In this document: positions 24,271 to 39,200 of the stretch, piece by piece
How the letters are laid out: each line of letters begins with the position of its first letter
Numbering within the stretch: position 1 is the first letter of the stretch
Source: Haplodiscus bocki
Lineage: Eukaryota
Direction: 5' to 3'
NCBI GenBank assembly: GCA_965655095.1
Contig: OZ296648.1
Location: 37,138,001 to 37,202,000, forward strand
DNA: 64,000 nucleotides
Translations under genes and position numbers: made by a program
The notes under the pieces: generated by a model
The model's input: the letters and a program-made list of their open reading frames with translations, nothing else
Database searches by the model: none
What the model was told of the DNA's origin: nothing

Positions 24271-27200
24271 TTTGGAAGGTTAGTTTAGCACCAATAAACT
24301 GAAATGGTTAGAACGGAAAGTTATCGAAATAATCAGGCTTCAAAAAATTCAAAACGTCCAAAATAAAATTCCTGAAAGAGGACTCAATAGCATGCTGTTT
24401 TTGAAATACTTTTCAGTAGTTAAGGTATAAACATAACCAGGTCCCACGTTGTTGACACTCCTAATATAACCAAAGGCATCATGAAAGATTGCATGCATTC
24501 GTAAAACTTTGGAAAACTGCAAGTAGTTGTGTAGAAGGCTGTCGCCTGCTTCAATATTGCCGCCCAAAGATGCCCGTGAATTAACTTGATTCAAATCTAT
24601 TGTTTTGTCTACATAGAGACATACTGCAAGAAAAACGTTTTTGGATGTTGTGTTTTTTGGGAACCAGTATGTTACTTTCACAAAGTCTTCGCAAATGTCC
24701 TTCGAAGAAAACATTTAAGTAAGCAAGTTTGAATTAGGAGAAGCGTCCGTCTGAGAACAAAACTTTTACAGAAATGATGTATCAAAAATTGTTAAACAGA
24801 AAAAAGCTGCAAAGCGTAGTTGTTGCCTTCTTGAGCCGTCGAACCGATGATTTGAAGTGGTTGAGTCATACATCCGAAGCACGTGCAATGAGAATTTGTT
24901 ACCCCTAAATCAAAATCCAATGTCCGGCTGTGCTCAGTTACGTGAAATCGCTCAAACTCTTTCTGAAGAAGATCAATGTATGACAATATGCTGTCTTTGA
25001 AAGGTGCATCTGAACTTTCAAGCTCGAGCAGACGTTGAAAAAGAAACAATGCTTTCTCTGACCCAACGGATGCTCCCAGTGAATTGTTTTTCGTACTCCC
25101 ACACACTTTTGAATTTGCAACCAAGTCCTTCTGTGGTCTTCTGATTCATGAAGGATTGCATCTACTTGCCTCTGACTGCAATGGAACTGGCGGCTGATTT
25201 GTTGTTTGTTTCTGCTCGGAGAAAGTTTTCCGGATGAGACTGTCATCAATTTTACATGCGCATTGTTTGTTGTCGACAGAACTTGAAAAATAGTCTGCTC
25301 CAGAAAAGTTTCCGCTTCAGCACAAGCAGGAAGATAAAGCAGAGTATGATGATGGTTCGAGGGCATCGTTTGGCAAATTTCTTCCAATTGCCCACACCTG
25401 AACTCATTCTACAGGTTTTCTCGGCTTTAGTACTGAGCGTTGTGTGAGCACACGAGAATTGGTAGAGCATTGCACAGACTGGGAGGCATCGACTCAGGAA
25501 ACGTATTTCGTGTGCTTTCAGAAAGCTTCTCAATAGTGGTAGTTTCGTCCGTAAGAAACAGGAGCAACCAAAAGTTCGACGGAACTTCTCTGAAAACAGT
25601 TGTCATTTGTTTCAACCAGCGAATTTTTTCAGCAACTGATTGTGGTATTAAATCTTTCAAAAATGAAGCGTCTCACAGTTGTTATCTCACCCACCTCTTA
25701 ATAGGGAATTTTCCATTCGGTCTCTAGGAGTTTTCCATCAAAATGGAAGAAAAGCATACTTGGCACATTCACGATCTTTGATAAGTCCCCGTTTGCAGCT
25801 GGTCCACGTAAGTGTGCCAAGTGTGCGAGCAACTGTAATGTAAGAACGCGATAGTGCTGTTACCGTTTTTCCTAGGTTCACTTATCGAATGCTCGAGAAA
25901 AAAATTAGTTTTACGACGTTGGTGATTCATGATTTGGAAGGTTAGTTTAGCACCAATAAATTGAAATGGTTAGAACGGAAAGTTATCGAAATAATCAGGC
26001 TTCAAAAATTTCAAAACGTCCAAAATAAAATTCCTGAAAGAGGACTCAATAGCATGCTGTTTTTGAAATACTTTTCAGTAGTTAAGGTATAAACATAATC
26101 AGGTCCCACGTTGTTGACACTCCTAATATAACCAAAGGCATCATGAAAGATTGCATGCATTCGTAAAACTTTGGAAAACTGCAAGTAGTTGTGTAGAAGG
26201 CTGTCGCCTGCTTCAATATTGCCGCCCAAAGATGCCCGTGAATTAGCTTGATTCAAATCTATTGTTTTTGTCTACATAGAGACATACTGCAAGAAAAACG
26301 TTTTTGGATGTTGTGTTTTTTGGGAACCAGTATGTTACTTTCACAAAGTCTTCGCAAATGTCCTTCGAAGAAAACATTTAAGTAAGCAAGTTTGAATTAG
26401 GAGAAGCGTCTGTCTGAGAACAAAACTTTTACAGAAATGATGTATCAATAATTGTTAAACAGAAAAAAGCTGCAAAGCGTAGTTGTTGCCTTCTTGAGCC
26501 GTCGAACCGATGATTTGAAGTGGTTGAGTCATACATCCGAAGCACGTGCATTGAGAATTTGTTACCCCTAAATCAAAATCCAATGCCCGGCTGTGCTCAG
26601 TTACGTGAAATCGCCCAAACTCTTTCTGAAGAAGATCAATGTATGACAATATGCTGTCTTTGAAAGGTGCATCTGAACTTTCAAGCTCGAGCAGACGTTG
26701 AAAAAGAAACAATGCTTTCTCTGACCCAACGGATGCTCCCAGTGAATTGTTTTTCGTACTCCCACACACTTTTGAATTTGCAACCAAGTCCTTCTGTGGT
26801 CTTCTGATTCATGAAGGATTGCATCTACTTGCCTCTGACTGCAATGGAACTGGCGGCTGATTTGTTGTTTGTTTCTGCTCGGAGAAAGTTTTCCGGATGA
26901 GACTGTCATCAATTTTACATGCGCATTGTTTGTTGTCGACAGAACTTGAAAAATAGTCTGCTCCAGAAAAGTTTCCGCTTCAGCACAAGCAGGAAGATAA
27001 AGCAGAGTATGATGATGGTTCGAGGGCATCGTTTGGCAAATTTCTTCCAATTGCCCACACCTGAACTCATTCTACAGGTTTTCTCGGCTTTAGTACTGAG
27101 CGTTGTGTGAGCACACGAGAATTGGTAGAGCATTGCACAGACTGGGAGGCATCGACTCAGGAAACGTATTTCGTGTGCTTTCAGAAAGCTTCTCAATAGT

Positions 27201-30200
27201 GGTAGTTTCGTCCGTAAGAAACAGGAGCAACCAAAAGTTCGACGGAACTTCTCTGAAAACAGTTGTCATTTGTTTCAACCAGCGAATTTTTTCAGCAACT
27301 GATTGTGGTATTAAATCTTTCAAAAATGAAGCGTCTCACAGTTGTTATCTCACCCACCTCTTAATAGGGAATTTTCCATTCGGTCTCTAGGAGTTTTCCA
27401 TCAAAATGGAAGAAAAGCATACTTGGCACATTCACGATCTTTGATAAGTCCCCGTTTGCAGCTGGTCCACGTAAGTGTGCCAAGTGTGCGAGCAACTGTA
27501 ATGTAAGAACGCGATAGTGCTGTTACCGTTTTTCCTAGGTTCACTTATCGAATGCTCGAGAAAAAAATTAGTTTTACGACGTTGGTGATTCATGATTTGG
27601 AAGGTTAGTTTAGCACCAATAAATTGAAATGGTTAGAACGGAAAGTTATCGAAATAATCAGGCTTCAAAAATTTCAAAACGTCCAAAATAAAATTCCTGA
27701 AAGAGGACTCAATAGCATGCTGTTTTTGAAATACTTTTCAGTAGTTAAGGTATAAACATAACCAGGTCCCACGTTGTTGACACTCCTAATATAACCAAAG
27801 GCATCATGAAAGATTGCATGCATTCGTAAAACTTTGGAAAACTGCAAGTAGTTGTGTAGAAGGCTGTCGCCTGCTTCAATATTGCCGCCCAAAGATGCCC
27901 GTGAATTAGCTTGATTCAAATCTATTGTTTTTGTCTACATAGAGACATACTGCAAGAAAAACGTTTTTGGATGTTGTGTTTTTTGGGAACCAGTATGTTA
28001 CTTTCACAAAGTCTTCGCAAATGTCCTTCGAAGAAAACATTTAAGTAAGCAAGTTTGAATTAGGAGAAGCGTCTGTCTGAGAACAAAACTTTTACAGAAA
28101 TGATGTATCAATAATTGTTAAACAGAAAAAAGCTGCAAAGCGTAGTTGTTGCCTTCTTGAGCCGTCGAACCGATGATTTGAAGTGGTTGAGTCATACATC
28201 CGAAGCACGTGCATTGAGAATTTGTTACCCCTAAATCAAAATCCAATGCCCGGCTGTGCTCAGTTACGTGAAATCGCCCAAACTCTTTCTGAAGAAGATC
28301 AATGTATGACAATATGCTGTCTTTGAAAGGTGCATCTGAACTTTCAAGCTCGAGCAGACGTTGAAAAAGAAACAATGCTTTCTCTGACCCAACGGATGCT
28401 CCCAGTGAATTGTTTTTCGTACTCCCACACACTTTTGAATTTGCAACCAAGTCCTTCTGTGGTCTTCTGATTCATGAAGGATTGCATCTACTTGCCTCTG
28501 ACTGCAATGGAACTGGCGGCTGATTTGTTGTTTGTTTCTGCTCGGAGAAAGTTTTCCGGATGAGACTGTCATCAATTTTACATGCGCATTGTTTGTTGTC
28601 GACAGAACTTGAAAAATAGTCTGCTCCAGAAAAGTTTCCGCTTCAGCACAAGCAGGAAGATAAAGCAGAGTATGATGATGGTTCGAGGGCATCGTTTGGC
28701 AAATTTCTTCCAATTGCCCACACCTGAACTCATTCTACAGGTTTTCTCGGCTTTAGTACTGAGCGTTGTGTGAGCACACGAGAATTGGTAGAGCATTGCA
28801 CAGACTGGGAGGCATCGACTCAGGAAACGTATTTCGTGTGCTTTCAGAAAGCTTCTCAATAGTGGTAGTTTCGTCCGTAAGAAACAGGAGCAACCAAAAG
28901 TTCGACGGAACTTCTCTGAAAACAGTTGTCATTTGTTTCAACCAGCGAATTTTTTCAGCAACTGATTGTGGTATTAAATCTTTCAAAAATGAAGCGTCTC
29001 ACAGTTGTTATCTCACCCACCTCTTAATAGGGAATTTTCCATTCGGTCTCTAGGAGTTTTCCATCAAAATGGAAGAAAAGCATACTTGGCACATTCACGA
29101 TCTTTGATAAGTCCCCGTTTGCAGCTGGTCCACGTAAGTGTGCCAAGTGTGCGAGCAACTGTAATGTAAGAACGCGATAGTGCTGTTACCGTTTTTCCTA
29201 GGTTCACTTATCGAATGCTCGAGAAAAAAATTAGTTTTACGACGTTGGTGATTCATGATTTGGAAGGTTAGTTTAGCACCAATAAATTGAAATGGTTAGA
29301 ACGGAAAGTTATCGAAATAATCAGGCTTCAAAAATTTCAAAACGTCCAAAATAAAATTCCTGAAAGAGGACTCATTAGCATGCTGTTTTTGAAATACTTT
29401 TCAGTAGTTAAGGTATAAACATAACCAGGTCCCACGTTGTTGACACTCCTAATATAACCAAAGGCATCATGAAAGATTGCATGCATTCGTAAAACTTTGG
29501 AAAACTGCAAGTAGTTGTGTAGAAGGCTGTCGCCTGCTTCAATATTGCCGCCCAAAGATGCCCGTGAATTAGCTTGATTCAAATCTATTGTTTTTGTCTA
29601 CATAGAGACATACTGCAAGAAAAACGTTTTTGGATGTTGTGTTTTTTGGGAACCAGTATGTTACTTTCACAAAGTCTTCGCAAATGTCCTTCGAAGAAAA
29701 CATTTAAGTAAGCAAGTTTGAATTAGGAGAAGCGTCTGTCTGAGAACAAAACTTTTACAGAAATGATGTATCAAAAATTGTTAAACAGAAAAAAGCTGCA
29801 AAGCGTAGTTGTTGCCTTCTTGAGCCGTCGAACCGCTGATTTGAAGTGGTTGAGTCATACATCCGAAGCACGTGCATTGAGAATTTGTTACCCCTAAATC
29901 AAAATCCAATGCCCGGCTGTGCTCAGTTACGTGAAATCGCCCAAACTCTTTCTGAAGAAGATCAATGTATGACAATATGCTGTCTTTGAAAGGTGCATCT
30001 GAACTTTCAAGCTCGAGCAGACGTTGAAAAAGAAACAATGCTTTCTCTGACCCAACGGATGCTCCCAGTGAATTGTTTTTCGTACTCCCACACACTTTTG
30101 AATTTGCAACCAAGTCCTTCTGTGGTCTTCTGATTCATGAAGGATTGCATCTACTTGCCTCTGACTGCAATGGAACTGGCGGCTGATTTGTTGTTTGTTT

Positions 30201-33200
30201 CTGCTCGGAGAAAGTTTTCCGGATGAGACTGTCATCAATTTTACATGCGCATTGTTTGTTGTCGACAGAACTTGAAAAATAGTCTGCTCCAGAAAAGTTT
30301 CCGCTTCAGCACAAGCAGGAAGATAAAGCAGAGTATGATGATGGTTCGAGGGCATCGTTTGGCAAATTTCTTCCAATTGCCCACACCTGAACTCATTCTA
30401 CAGGTTTTCTCGGCTTTAGTACTGAGCGTTGTGTGAGCACACGAGAATTGGTAGAGCATTGCACAGACTGGGAGGCATCGACTCAGGAAACGTATTTCGT
30501 GTGCTTTCAGAAAGCTTCTCAATAGTGGTAGTTTCGTCCGTAAGAAACAGGAGCAACCAAAAGTTCGACGGAACTTCTCTGAAAACAGTTGTCATTTGTT
30601 TCAACCAGCGAATTTTTTCAGCAACTGATTGTGGTATTAAATCTTTCAAAAATGAAGCGTCTCACAGTTGTTATCTCACCCACCTCTTAATAGGGAATTT
30701 TCCATTCGGTCTCTAGGAGTTTTCCATCAAAATGGAAGAAAAGCATACTTGGCATATTCACGATCTTTGATAAGTCCCTGTTTGCAGCTGGTCCACGTAA
30801 GTGTGCCAAGTGTGCGAGCAACTGTAATGTAAGAACGCGATAGTGCTGTTACCGTTTTTCCTAGGTTCACTTATCGAATGCTCGAGAAAAAAAATAGTTT
30901 TACGACGTTGCTGATTCATGATTTGGAAGGTTAGTTTAGCACCAATAAATTGAAATGGTTAGAACGGAAAGTTATCGAAATAATCAGGCTTCAAAAATTT
31001 CAAAACGTCCAAAATAAAATTGCTGAAAGAGGACTCAATAGCATGCTGTTTTTGAAATACTTTTCAGTAGTTAAGGTATAAACATAACCAGGTCCCACGT
31101 TGTTGACACTCCTAATATAACCAAAGGCATCATGAAAGATTGCATGCATTCGTAAAACTTTGGAAAACTGCAAGTAGTTGTGTAGAAGGCTGTCGCCTGC
31201 TTCAATATTGCCGCCCAAAGATGCCCGTGAATTAGCTTGATTCAAATCTATTGTTTTTGTCTACATAGAGACATACTGCAAGAAAAACGTTTTTGGATGT
31301 TGTGTTTTTTGGGAACCAGTATGTTACTTTCACAAAGTCTTCGCAAATGTCCTTCGAAGAAAACATTTAAGTAAGCAAGTTTGAATTAGGAGAAGCGTCT
31401 GTCTGAGAACAAAACTTTTACAGAAATGATGTATCAATAATTGTTAAACAGAAAAAAGCTGCAAAGCGTAGTTGTTGCCTTCTTGAGCCGTCGAACCGAT
31501 GATTTGAAGTGGTTGAGTCATACATCCGAAGCACGTGCATTGAGAATTTGTTACCCCTAAATCAAAATCCAATGTCCGGCTGTGCTCAGTTACGTGAAAT
31601 CGCCCAAACTCTTTCTGAAGAAGATCAATGTGTGACAATATGCTGTCTTTGAAAGGTGCATCTGAACTTTCAAGCTCGAGCAGACGTTGAAAAAGAAACA
31701 ATGCTTTCTCTGACCCAACGGATGCTCCCAGTGAATTGTTTTTCGTACTCCCACACACTTTTGAATTTGCAACCAAGTCCTTCTGTGGTCTTCTGATTCA
31801 TGAAGGATTGCATCTACTTGCCTCTGACTGCAATGGAACTGGCGGCTGATTTGTTGTTTGTTTCTGCTCGGAGAAAGTTTTCCGGATGAGACTGTCATCA
31901 ATTTTACATGCGCATTGTTTGTTGTCGACAGAACTTGAAAAATAGTCTGCTCCAGAAAAGTTTCCGCTTCAGCACAAGCAGGAAGACAAAGCAGAGTATG
32001 ATGATGGTTCGAGGGCATCGTTTGGCAAATTTCTTCCAATTGCCCACACCTGAACTCATTCTACAGGTTTTCTCGGCTTTAGTACTGAGCGTTGTGTGAG
32101 CACACGAGAATTGGTAGAGCATTGCACAGACTGGGAGGCATCGACTCAGGAAACGTATTTCGTGTGCTTTCAGAAAGCTTCTCAATAGTGGTAGTTTCGT
32201 CCGTAAGAAACAGGAGCAACCAAAAGTTCGACGGAACTTCTCTGAAAACAGTTGTCATTTGTTTCAACCAGCGAATTTTTTCAGCAACTGATTGTGGTAT
32301 TAAATCTTTCAAAAATGAAGCGTCTCACAGTTGTTATCTCACCCACCTCTTAATAGGGAATTTTCCATTCGGTCTCTAGGAGTTTTCCATCAAAATGGAA
32401 GAAAAGCATACTTGGCACATTCACGATCTTTGATAAGTCCCCGTTTGCAGCTGGTCCACGTAAGTGTGCCAAGTGTGCTAGCAACTGTAATGTAAGAACG
32501 CGATACTGCTGTTACCGTTTTCCCTAGGTTCACTTATCGAATGCTCGAGAAAAAAATTAGTTTTACGACGTTGGTGATTCATGATTTGGAAGGTTAGTTT
32601 AGCACCAATAAATTGAAATGGTTAGAACGGAAAGTTATCGAAATAATCAGGCTTCAAAAATTTCAAAACGTCCAAAATAAAATTCCTGAAAGAGAACTCA
32701 AAAGCATGCTGTTTTTGAAATACTTTTCAGTAGTTAAGGTATAAACATAACCAGGTCCCACGTTGTTGACACTCCTAATATAACCAAAGGCATCATGAAA
32801 GATTGCATGCATTCGTAAAACTTTGGAAAACTGCAGGTAGTTGTGTAGAAGGCTGTCGCCTGCTTCAATATTGCCGCCCAAAGATGCCCGTGAATTAACT
32901 TGATTCAAATCTATTGTTTTGTCTACATAGAGACATACTGCAAGAAAAACGTTTTTGGATGTTGTGTTTTTTGGGAACCAGTATGTTACTTTCACAAAGT
33001 CTTCGCAAATGTCCTTCGAAGAAAACATTTAAGTAAGCAAGTTTGAATTAGGAGAAGCGTCTGTCTGAGAACAAAACTTTTACAGAAATGATGTATCAAT
33101 AATTGTTAAACAGAAAAAAGCTGCAAAGCGTAGTTGTTGCCTTCTTGAGCCGTCGGACCGATGATTTGAAGTGGTTGAGTCATACATCCGAAGCACGTGC

Positions 33201-36200
33201 ATTGAGAATTTGTTACCCCTAAATCAAAATCCAATGCCCGGCTGTGCTCAGTTACGTGAAATCGCCCAAACTCTTTCTGAAGAAGATCAATGTATGACAA
33301 TATGCTGTCTTTGAAAGGTGCATCTGAACTTTCAAGCTCGAGCAGACGTTGAAAAAGAAACAATGCTTTCTCTGACCCAACGGATGCTCCCAGTGAATTG
33401 TTTTTCGTACTCCCACACACTTTTGAATTTGCAACCAAGTCCTTCTGTGGTCTTCTGATTCATGAAGGATTGCATCTACTTGCCTCTGACTGCAATGGAA
33501 CTGGCGGCTGATTTGTTGTTTGTTTCTGCTCGGAGAAAGTTTTCCGGATGAGACTGTCATCAATTTTACATGCGCATTGTTTGTTGTCGACAGAACTTGA
33601 AAAATAGTCTGCTCCAGAAAAGTTGCCGCTTCAGCACAAGCAGGAAGACAAAGCAGAGTATGATGATGGTTCGAGGGCATCGTTTGGCAAATTTCTTCCA
33701 ATTGCCCACACCTGAACTCATTCTACAGGTTTTCTCGGCTTCAGTACTGAGCGTTGTGTGAGCACACGAGAATTGGTAGAGCATTGCACAGACTGGGAGG
33801 CATCGACTCAGGAAACGTATTTCGTGTGCTTTCAGAAAGCTTCTCAATAGTGGTAGTTTCGTCCGTAAGAAACAGGAGCAACCAAAAGTTCGACGGAACT
33901 TCTCTGAAAACAGTTGTCATTTGTTTCAACCAGCGAATTTTTTCAGCAACTGATTGTGGTATTAAATCTTTCAAAAATGAAGCGTCTCACAGTTGTTATC
34001 TCACCCACCTCTTAATAGGGAATTTTCCATTCGGTCTCTAGGAGTTTTCCATCAAAATGGAAGAAAAGCATACTTGGCACATTCACGATCTTTGATAAGT
34101 CCCCGTTTGCAGCTGGTCCACGTAAGTGTGCCAAGTGTGCTAGCAACTGTAATGTAAGAACGCGATACTGCTGTTACCGTTTTTCCTAGGTTCACTTATC
34201 GAATGCTCGAGAAAAAAATTAGTTTTACGACGTTGCTGATTCATGATTTGGAAGGTTATTTTAGCACCAATAAATTGAAATGGTTAGAACGGAAAGTTAT
34301 CGAAATAATCAGGCTTCAAAAATTTCAAAACGTCCAAAATAAAATTCCTGAAAGAGGACTCAATAGCATGCTGTTTTTGAAATACTTTTCAGTAGTTAAG
34401 GTATAAACATAACCAGGTCCCACGTTGTTGACACTCCTAATATAGCCAAAGGCATCATGAAAGATTGCATGCATTCGTAAAACTTTGGAAAACTGCAAGT
34501 AGTTGTGTAGAAGGCTGTCGCCTGCTTCAATATTGCCGCCCAAAGATGCCCGTGAATTAACTTGATTCAAATCTATTGTTTTGTCTACATAGAGACATAC
34601 TGCAAGAAAAACGTTTTTGGATGTTGTGTTTTTTGGGAACCAGTATGTTACTTTCACAAAGTCTTCGCAAATGTCCTTCGAAGAAAACATTTAAGTAAGC
34701 AAGTTTGAATTAGGAGAAGCGTCTGTCTGAGAACAAAACTTTTACAGAAATGATGTATCAATAATTGTTAAACAGAAAAAAGCTGCAAAGCGTAGTTGTT
34801 GCCTTCTTGAGCCGTCGAACCGATGATTCGAAGTGGTTGAGTCATACATCCGAAGCACGTGCATTGAGAATTTGTTACCCCTACATCAAAATCTAATGAC
34901 CGGCTGTGCTCAGTTACGTGAAATCGCCCAAACTCTTTCTGAAGAAGATCAATGTATGACAATATGCTGTCTTTGAAAGGTGCATCTGAACTTTCAAGCT
35001 CGAGCAGACGTTGAAAAAGAAACAATGCTTTCTCTGACCCAACGGATGCTCCCAGTGAATTGTTTTTCGTACTCCCACACACTTTTGAATTTGCAACCAA
35101 GACCTTCTGTGGTCTTCTGATTCATGAAGGATTGCATCTACTTGCCTCTGACTGCAATGGAACTGGCGGCTGATTTGTTGTTTGTTTCTGCTCGGAGAAA
35201 GTTTTCCGGATGAGACTGTCATCAATTTTACATGCGCATTGTTTGTTGTCGACAGAACTTGAAAAATAGTCTGCTCCAGAAAAGTTGCCGCTTCAGCACA
35301 AGCAGGAAGACAAAGCAGAGTATGATGATGGTTCGAGGGCATCGTTTGGCAAATTTCTTCCAATTGCCCACACCTGAACTCATTCTACAGGTTTTCTCGG
35401 CTTCAGTACTGAGCGTTGTGTGAGCACACGAGAATTGGTAGAGCATTGCACAGACTGGGAGGCATCGACTCAGGAAACGTATTTCGTGTGCTTTCAGAAA
35501 GCTTCTCAATAGTGGTAGTTTCGTCCGTAAGAAACAGGAGCAACCAAAAGTTCGACGGAACTTCTCTGAAAACAGTTGTCATTTGTTTCAACCAGCGAAT
35601 TTTTTCAGCAACTGATTGTGGTATTAAATCTTTCAAAAATGAAGCGTCTCACAGTTGTTATCTCACCCACCTCTTAATAGGGAATTTTCCATTCGGTCTC
35701 TAGGAGTTTTCCATCAAAATGGAAGAAAAGCATACTTGGCACATTCACGATCTTTGATAAGTCCCCGTTTGCAGCTGGTCCACTAAGTGTGCCAAGTGTG
35801 CTAGCAACTGTAATGTAAGAACGCGATACTGCTGTTACCGTTTTTCCTAGGTTCACTTATCGAATGCTCGAGAAAAAAATTAGTTTTACGACGTTGGTGA
35901 TTCATGATTTGGAAGGTTATTTTAGCACCAATAAATTGAAATGGTTAGAACGGAAAGTTATCGAAATAATCAGGCTTCAAAAATTTCAAAACGTCCAAAA
36001 TAAAATTCCTGAAAGAGGACTCAATAGCATGCTGTTTTTGAAATACTTTTCAGTAGTTAAGGTATAAACATAACCAGGTCCCACGTTGTTGACACTCCTA
36101 ATATAACCAAAGGCATCATGAAAGATTGCATGCATTCGTAAAACTTTGGAAAACTGCAAGTAGTTGTGTAGAAGGCTGTCGCCTGCTTCAATATTGCCGC

Positions 36201-39200
36201 CCAAAGATGCCCGTGAATTAACTTGATTCAAATCTATTGTTTTGTCTACATAGAGACATACTGCAAGAAAAACGTTTTTGGATGTTGTGTTTTTTGGGAA
36301 CCAGTATGTTACTTTCACAAAGTCTTCGCAAATGTCCTTCGAAGAAAACATTTAAGTAAGCAAGTTTGAATTAGGAGAAGCGTCTGTCTGAGAACAAAAC
36401 TTTTACAGAAATGATGTATCAATAATTGTTAAACAGAAAAAAGCTGCAAAGCGTAGTTGTTGCCTTCTTGAGCCGTCGAACCGATGATTCGAAGTGGTTG
36501 AGTCATACATCCGAAGCACGTGCATTGAGAATTTGTTACCCCTAAATCAAAATCTAATGACCGGCTGTGCTCAGTTACGTGAAATCGCCCAAACTCTTTC
36601 TGAAGAAGATCAATGTATGACAATATGCTGTCTTTGAAAGGTGCATCTGAACTTTCAAGCTCGAGCAGACGTTGAAAAAGAAACAATGCTTTCTCTGACC
36701 CAACGGATGCTCCCAGTGAATTGTTTTTCGTACTCCCACACACTTTTGAATTTGCAACCAAGTCCTTCTGTGGTCTTCTGATTCATGAAGGATTGCATCT
36801 ACTTGCCTCTGACTGCAATGGAACTGGCGGCTGATTTGTTGTTTGTTTCTGCTCGGAGAAAGTTTTCCGGATGAGACTGTCATCAATTTTACATGCGCAT
36901 TGTTTGTTGTCGACAGAACTTGAAAAATAGTCTGCTCCAGAAAAGTTTCCGCTTCAGCACAAGCAGGAAGATAAAGCAGAGTATGATGATGGTTCAAGGG
37001 CATCGTTTGGCAAATTTCTTCCAATTGCCCACACCTGAACTCATTCTACAGGTTTTCTCGGCTTTAGTATTGAGCGTTGTGTGAGCACACGAGAATTGGT
37101 AGAGCATTGCACAGACTGGGAGGCATCGACTCAGGAAACGTATTTCGTGTGCTTTCAGAAAGCTTCTCATTAGTGGTAGTTTCGTCCGTAAGAAACAGGA
37201 GCAAGCAAAAGTTCGACGGAACTTCTCTGAAAACAGTTGTCATTTGTTTCAACCAGCGATTTTTTTCAGCAACTGATTGTGGTATTAAATCTTTCAAAAA
37301 TGAAGCGTCTCACAGTTGTTATCTCACCCACCTCTTAATAGGGAATTTTCCATTCGGTCTCTAGGAGTTTTCCATCAAAATGGAAGAAAAGCATACTTGG
37401 CACATTCACGATCTTTGATAAGTCCCTGTTTGCAGCTGGTCCACGTAAGTGTGCCAAGTGTGCTAGCAACTGTAATGTAAGAACGCGATACTGCTGTTAC
37501 CGTTTTTCCTAGGTTCACTTATCGAATGCTCGAGAAAAAAATTAGTTTTACGACGTTGGTGATTATGATTTGGAAGGTTATTTTAGCACCAATAAATTGA
37601 AATGGTTAGAACGGAAAGTTATCGAAATAATCAGGCTTCAAAAATTTCAAAACGTCCAAAATAAAATTCCTGAAAGAGGACTCAATAGCATGCTGTTTTT
37701 GAAATACTTTTCAGTAGTTAAGGTATAAACATAACCAGGTCCCACGTTGTTGACACTCCTAATATAACCAAAGGCATCATGAAAGATTGCATGCATTCGT
37801 AAAACTTTGGAAAACTGCAAGTAGTTGTGTAGAAGGCTGTCGCCTGCTTCAATATTGCCGCCCAAAGATGCCCGTGAATTAACTTGATTCAAATCTATTG
37901 TTTTGTCTACATAGAGACATACTGCAAGAAAAACGTTTTTGGATGTTGTGTTTTTTGGGAACCAGTATGTTACTTTCACAAAGTCTTCGCAAATGTCCTT
38001 CGAAGAAAACATTTAAGTAAGCAAGTTTGAATTAGGAGAAGCGTCTGTCTGAGAACAAAACTTTTACAGAAATGATGTATCAATAATTGTTAAACAGAAA
38101 AAAGCTGCAAAGCGTAGTTGTTGCCTTCTTGAGCCGTCGAACCGATGATTCGAAGTGGTTGAGTCATACATCCGAAGCACGTGCATTGAGAATTTGTTAC
38201 CCCTAAATCAAAATCTAATGACCGGCTGTGCTCAGTTACGTGAAATCGCCCAAACTCTTTCTGAAGAAGATCAATGTATGACAATATGCTGTCTTTGAAA
38301 GGTGCATCTGAACTTTCAAGCTCGAGCAGACGTTGAAAAAGAAACAATGCTTTCTCTGACCCAACGGATGCTCCCAGTGAATTGTTTTTCGTACTCCCAC
38401 ACACTTTTGAATTTGCAACCAAGTCCTTCTGTGGTCTTCTGATTCATGAAGGATTGCATCTACTTGCCTCTGACTGCAATGGAACTGGCGGCTGATTTGT
38501 TGTTTGTTTCTGCTCGGAGAAAGTTTTCCGGATGAGACTGTCATCAATTTTACATGCGCATTGTTTGTTGTCGACAGAACTTGAAAAATAGTCTGCTCCA
38601 GAAAAGTTTCCGCTTCAGCACAAGCAGGAAGATAAAGCAGAGTATGATGATGGTTCAAGGGCATCGTTTGGCAAATTTCTTCCAATTGCCCACACCTGAA
38701 CTCATTCTACAGGTTTTCTCGGCTTTAGTATTGAGCGTTGTGTGAGCACACGAGAATTGGTAGAGCATTGCACAGACTGGGAGGCATCGACTCAGGAAAC
38801 GTATTTCGTGTGCTTTCAGAAAGCTTCTCATTAGTGGTAGTTTCGTCCGTAAGAAACAGGAGCAAGCAAAAGTTCGACGGAACTTCTCTGAAAACAGTTG
38901 TCATTTGTTTCAACCAGCGATTTTTTTCAGCAACTGATTGTGGTATTAAATCTTTCAAAAATGAAGCGTCTCACAGTTGTTATCTCACCCACCTCTTAAT
39001 AGGGAATTTTCCATTCGGTCTCTAGGAGTTTTCCATCAAAATGGAAGAAAAGCATACTTGGCACATTCACGATCTTTGATAAGTCCCTGTTTGCAGCTGG
39101 TCCACGTAAGTGTGCCAAGTGTGCTAGCAACTGTAATGTAAGAACGCGATACTGCTGTTACCGTTTTTCCTAGGTTCACTTATCGAATGCTCGAGAAAAA

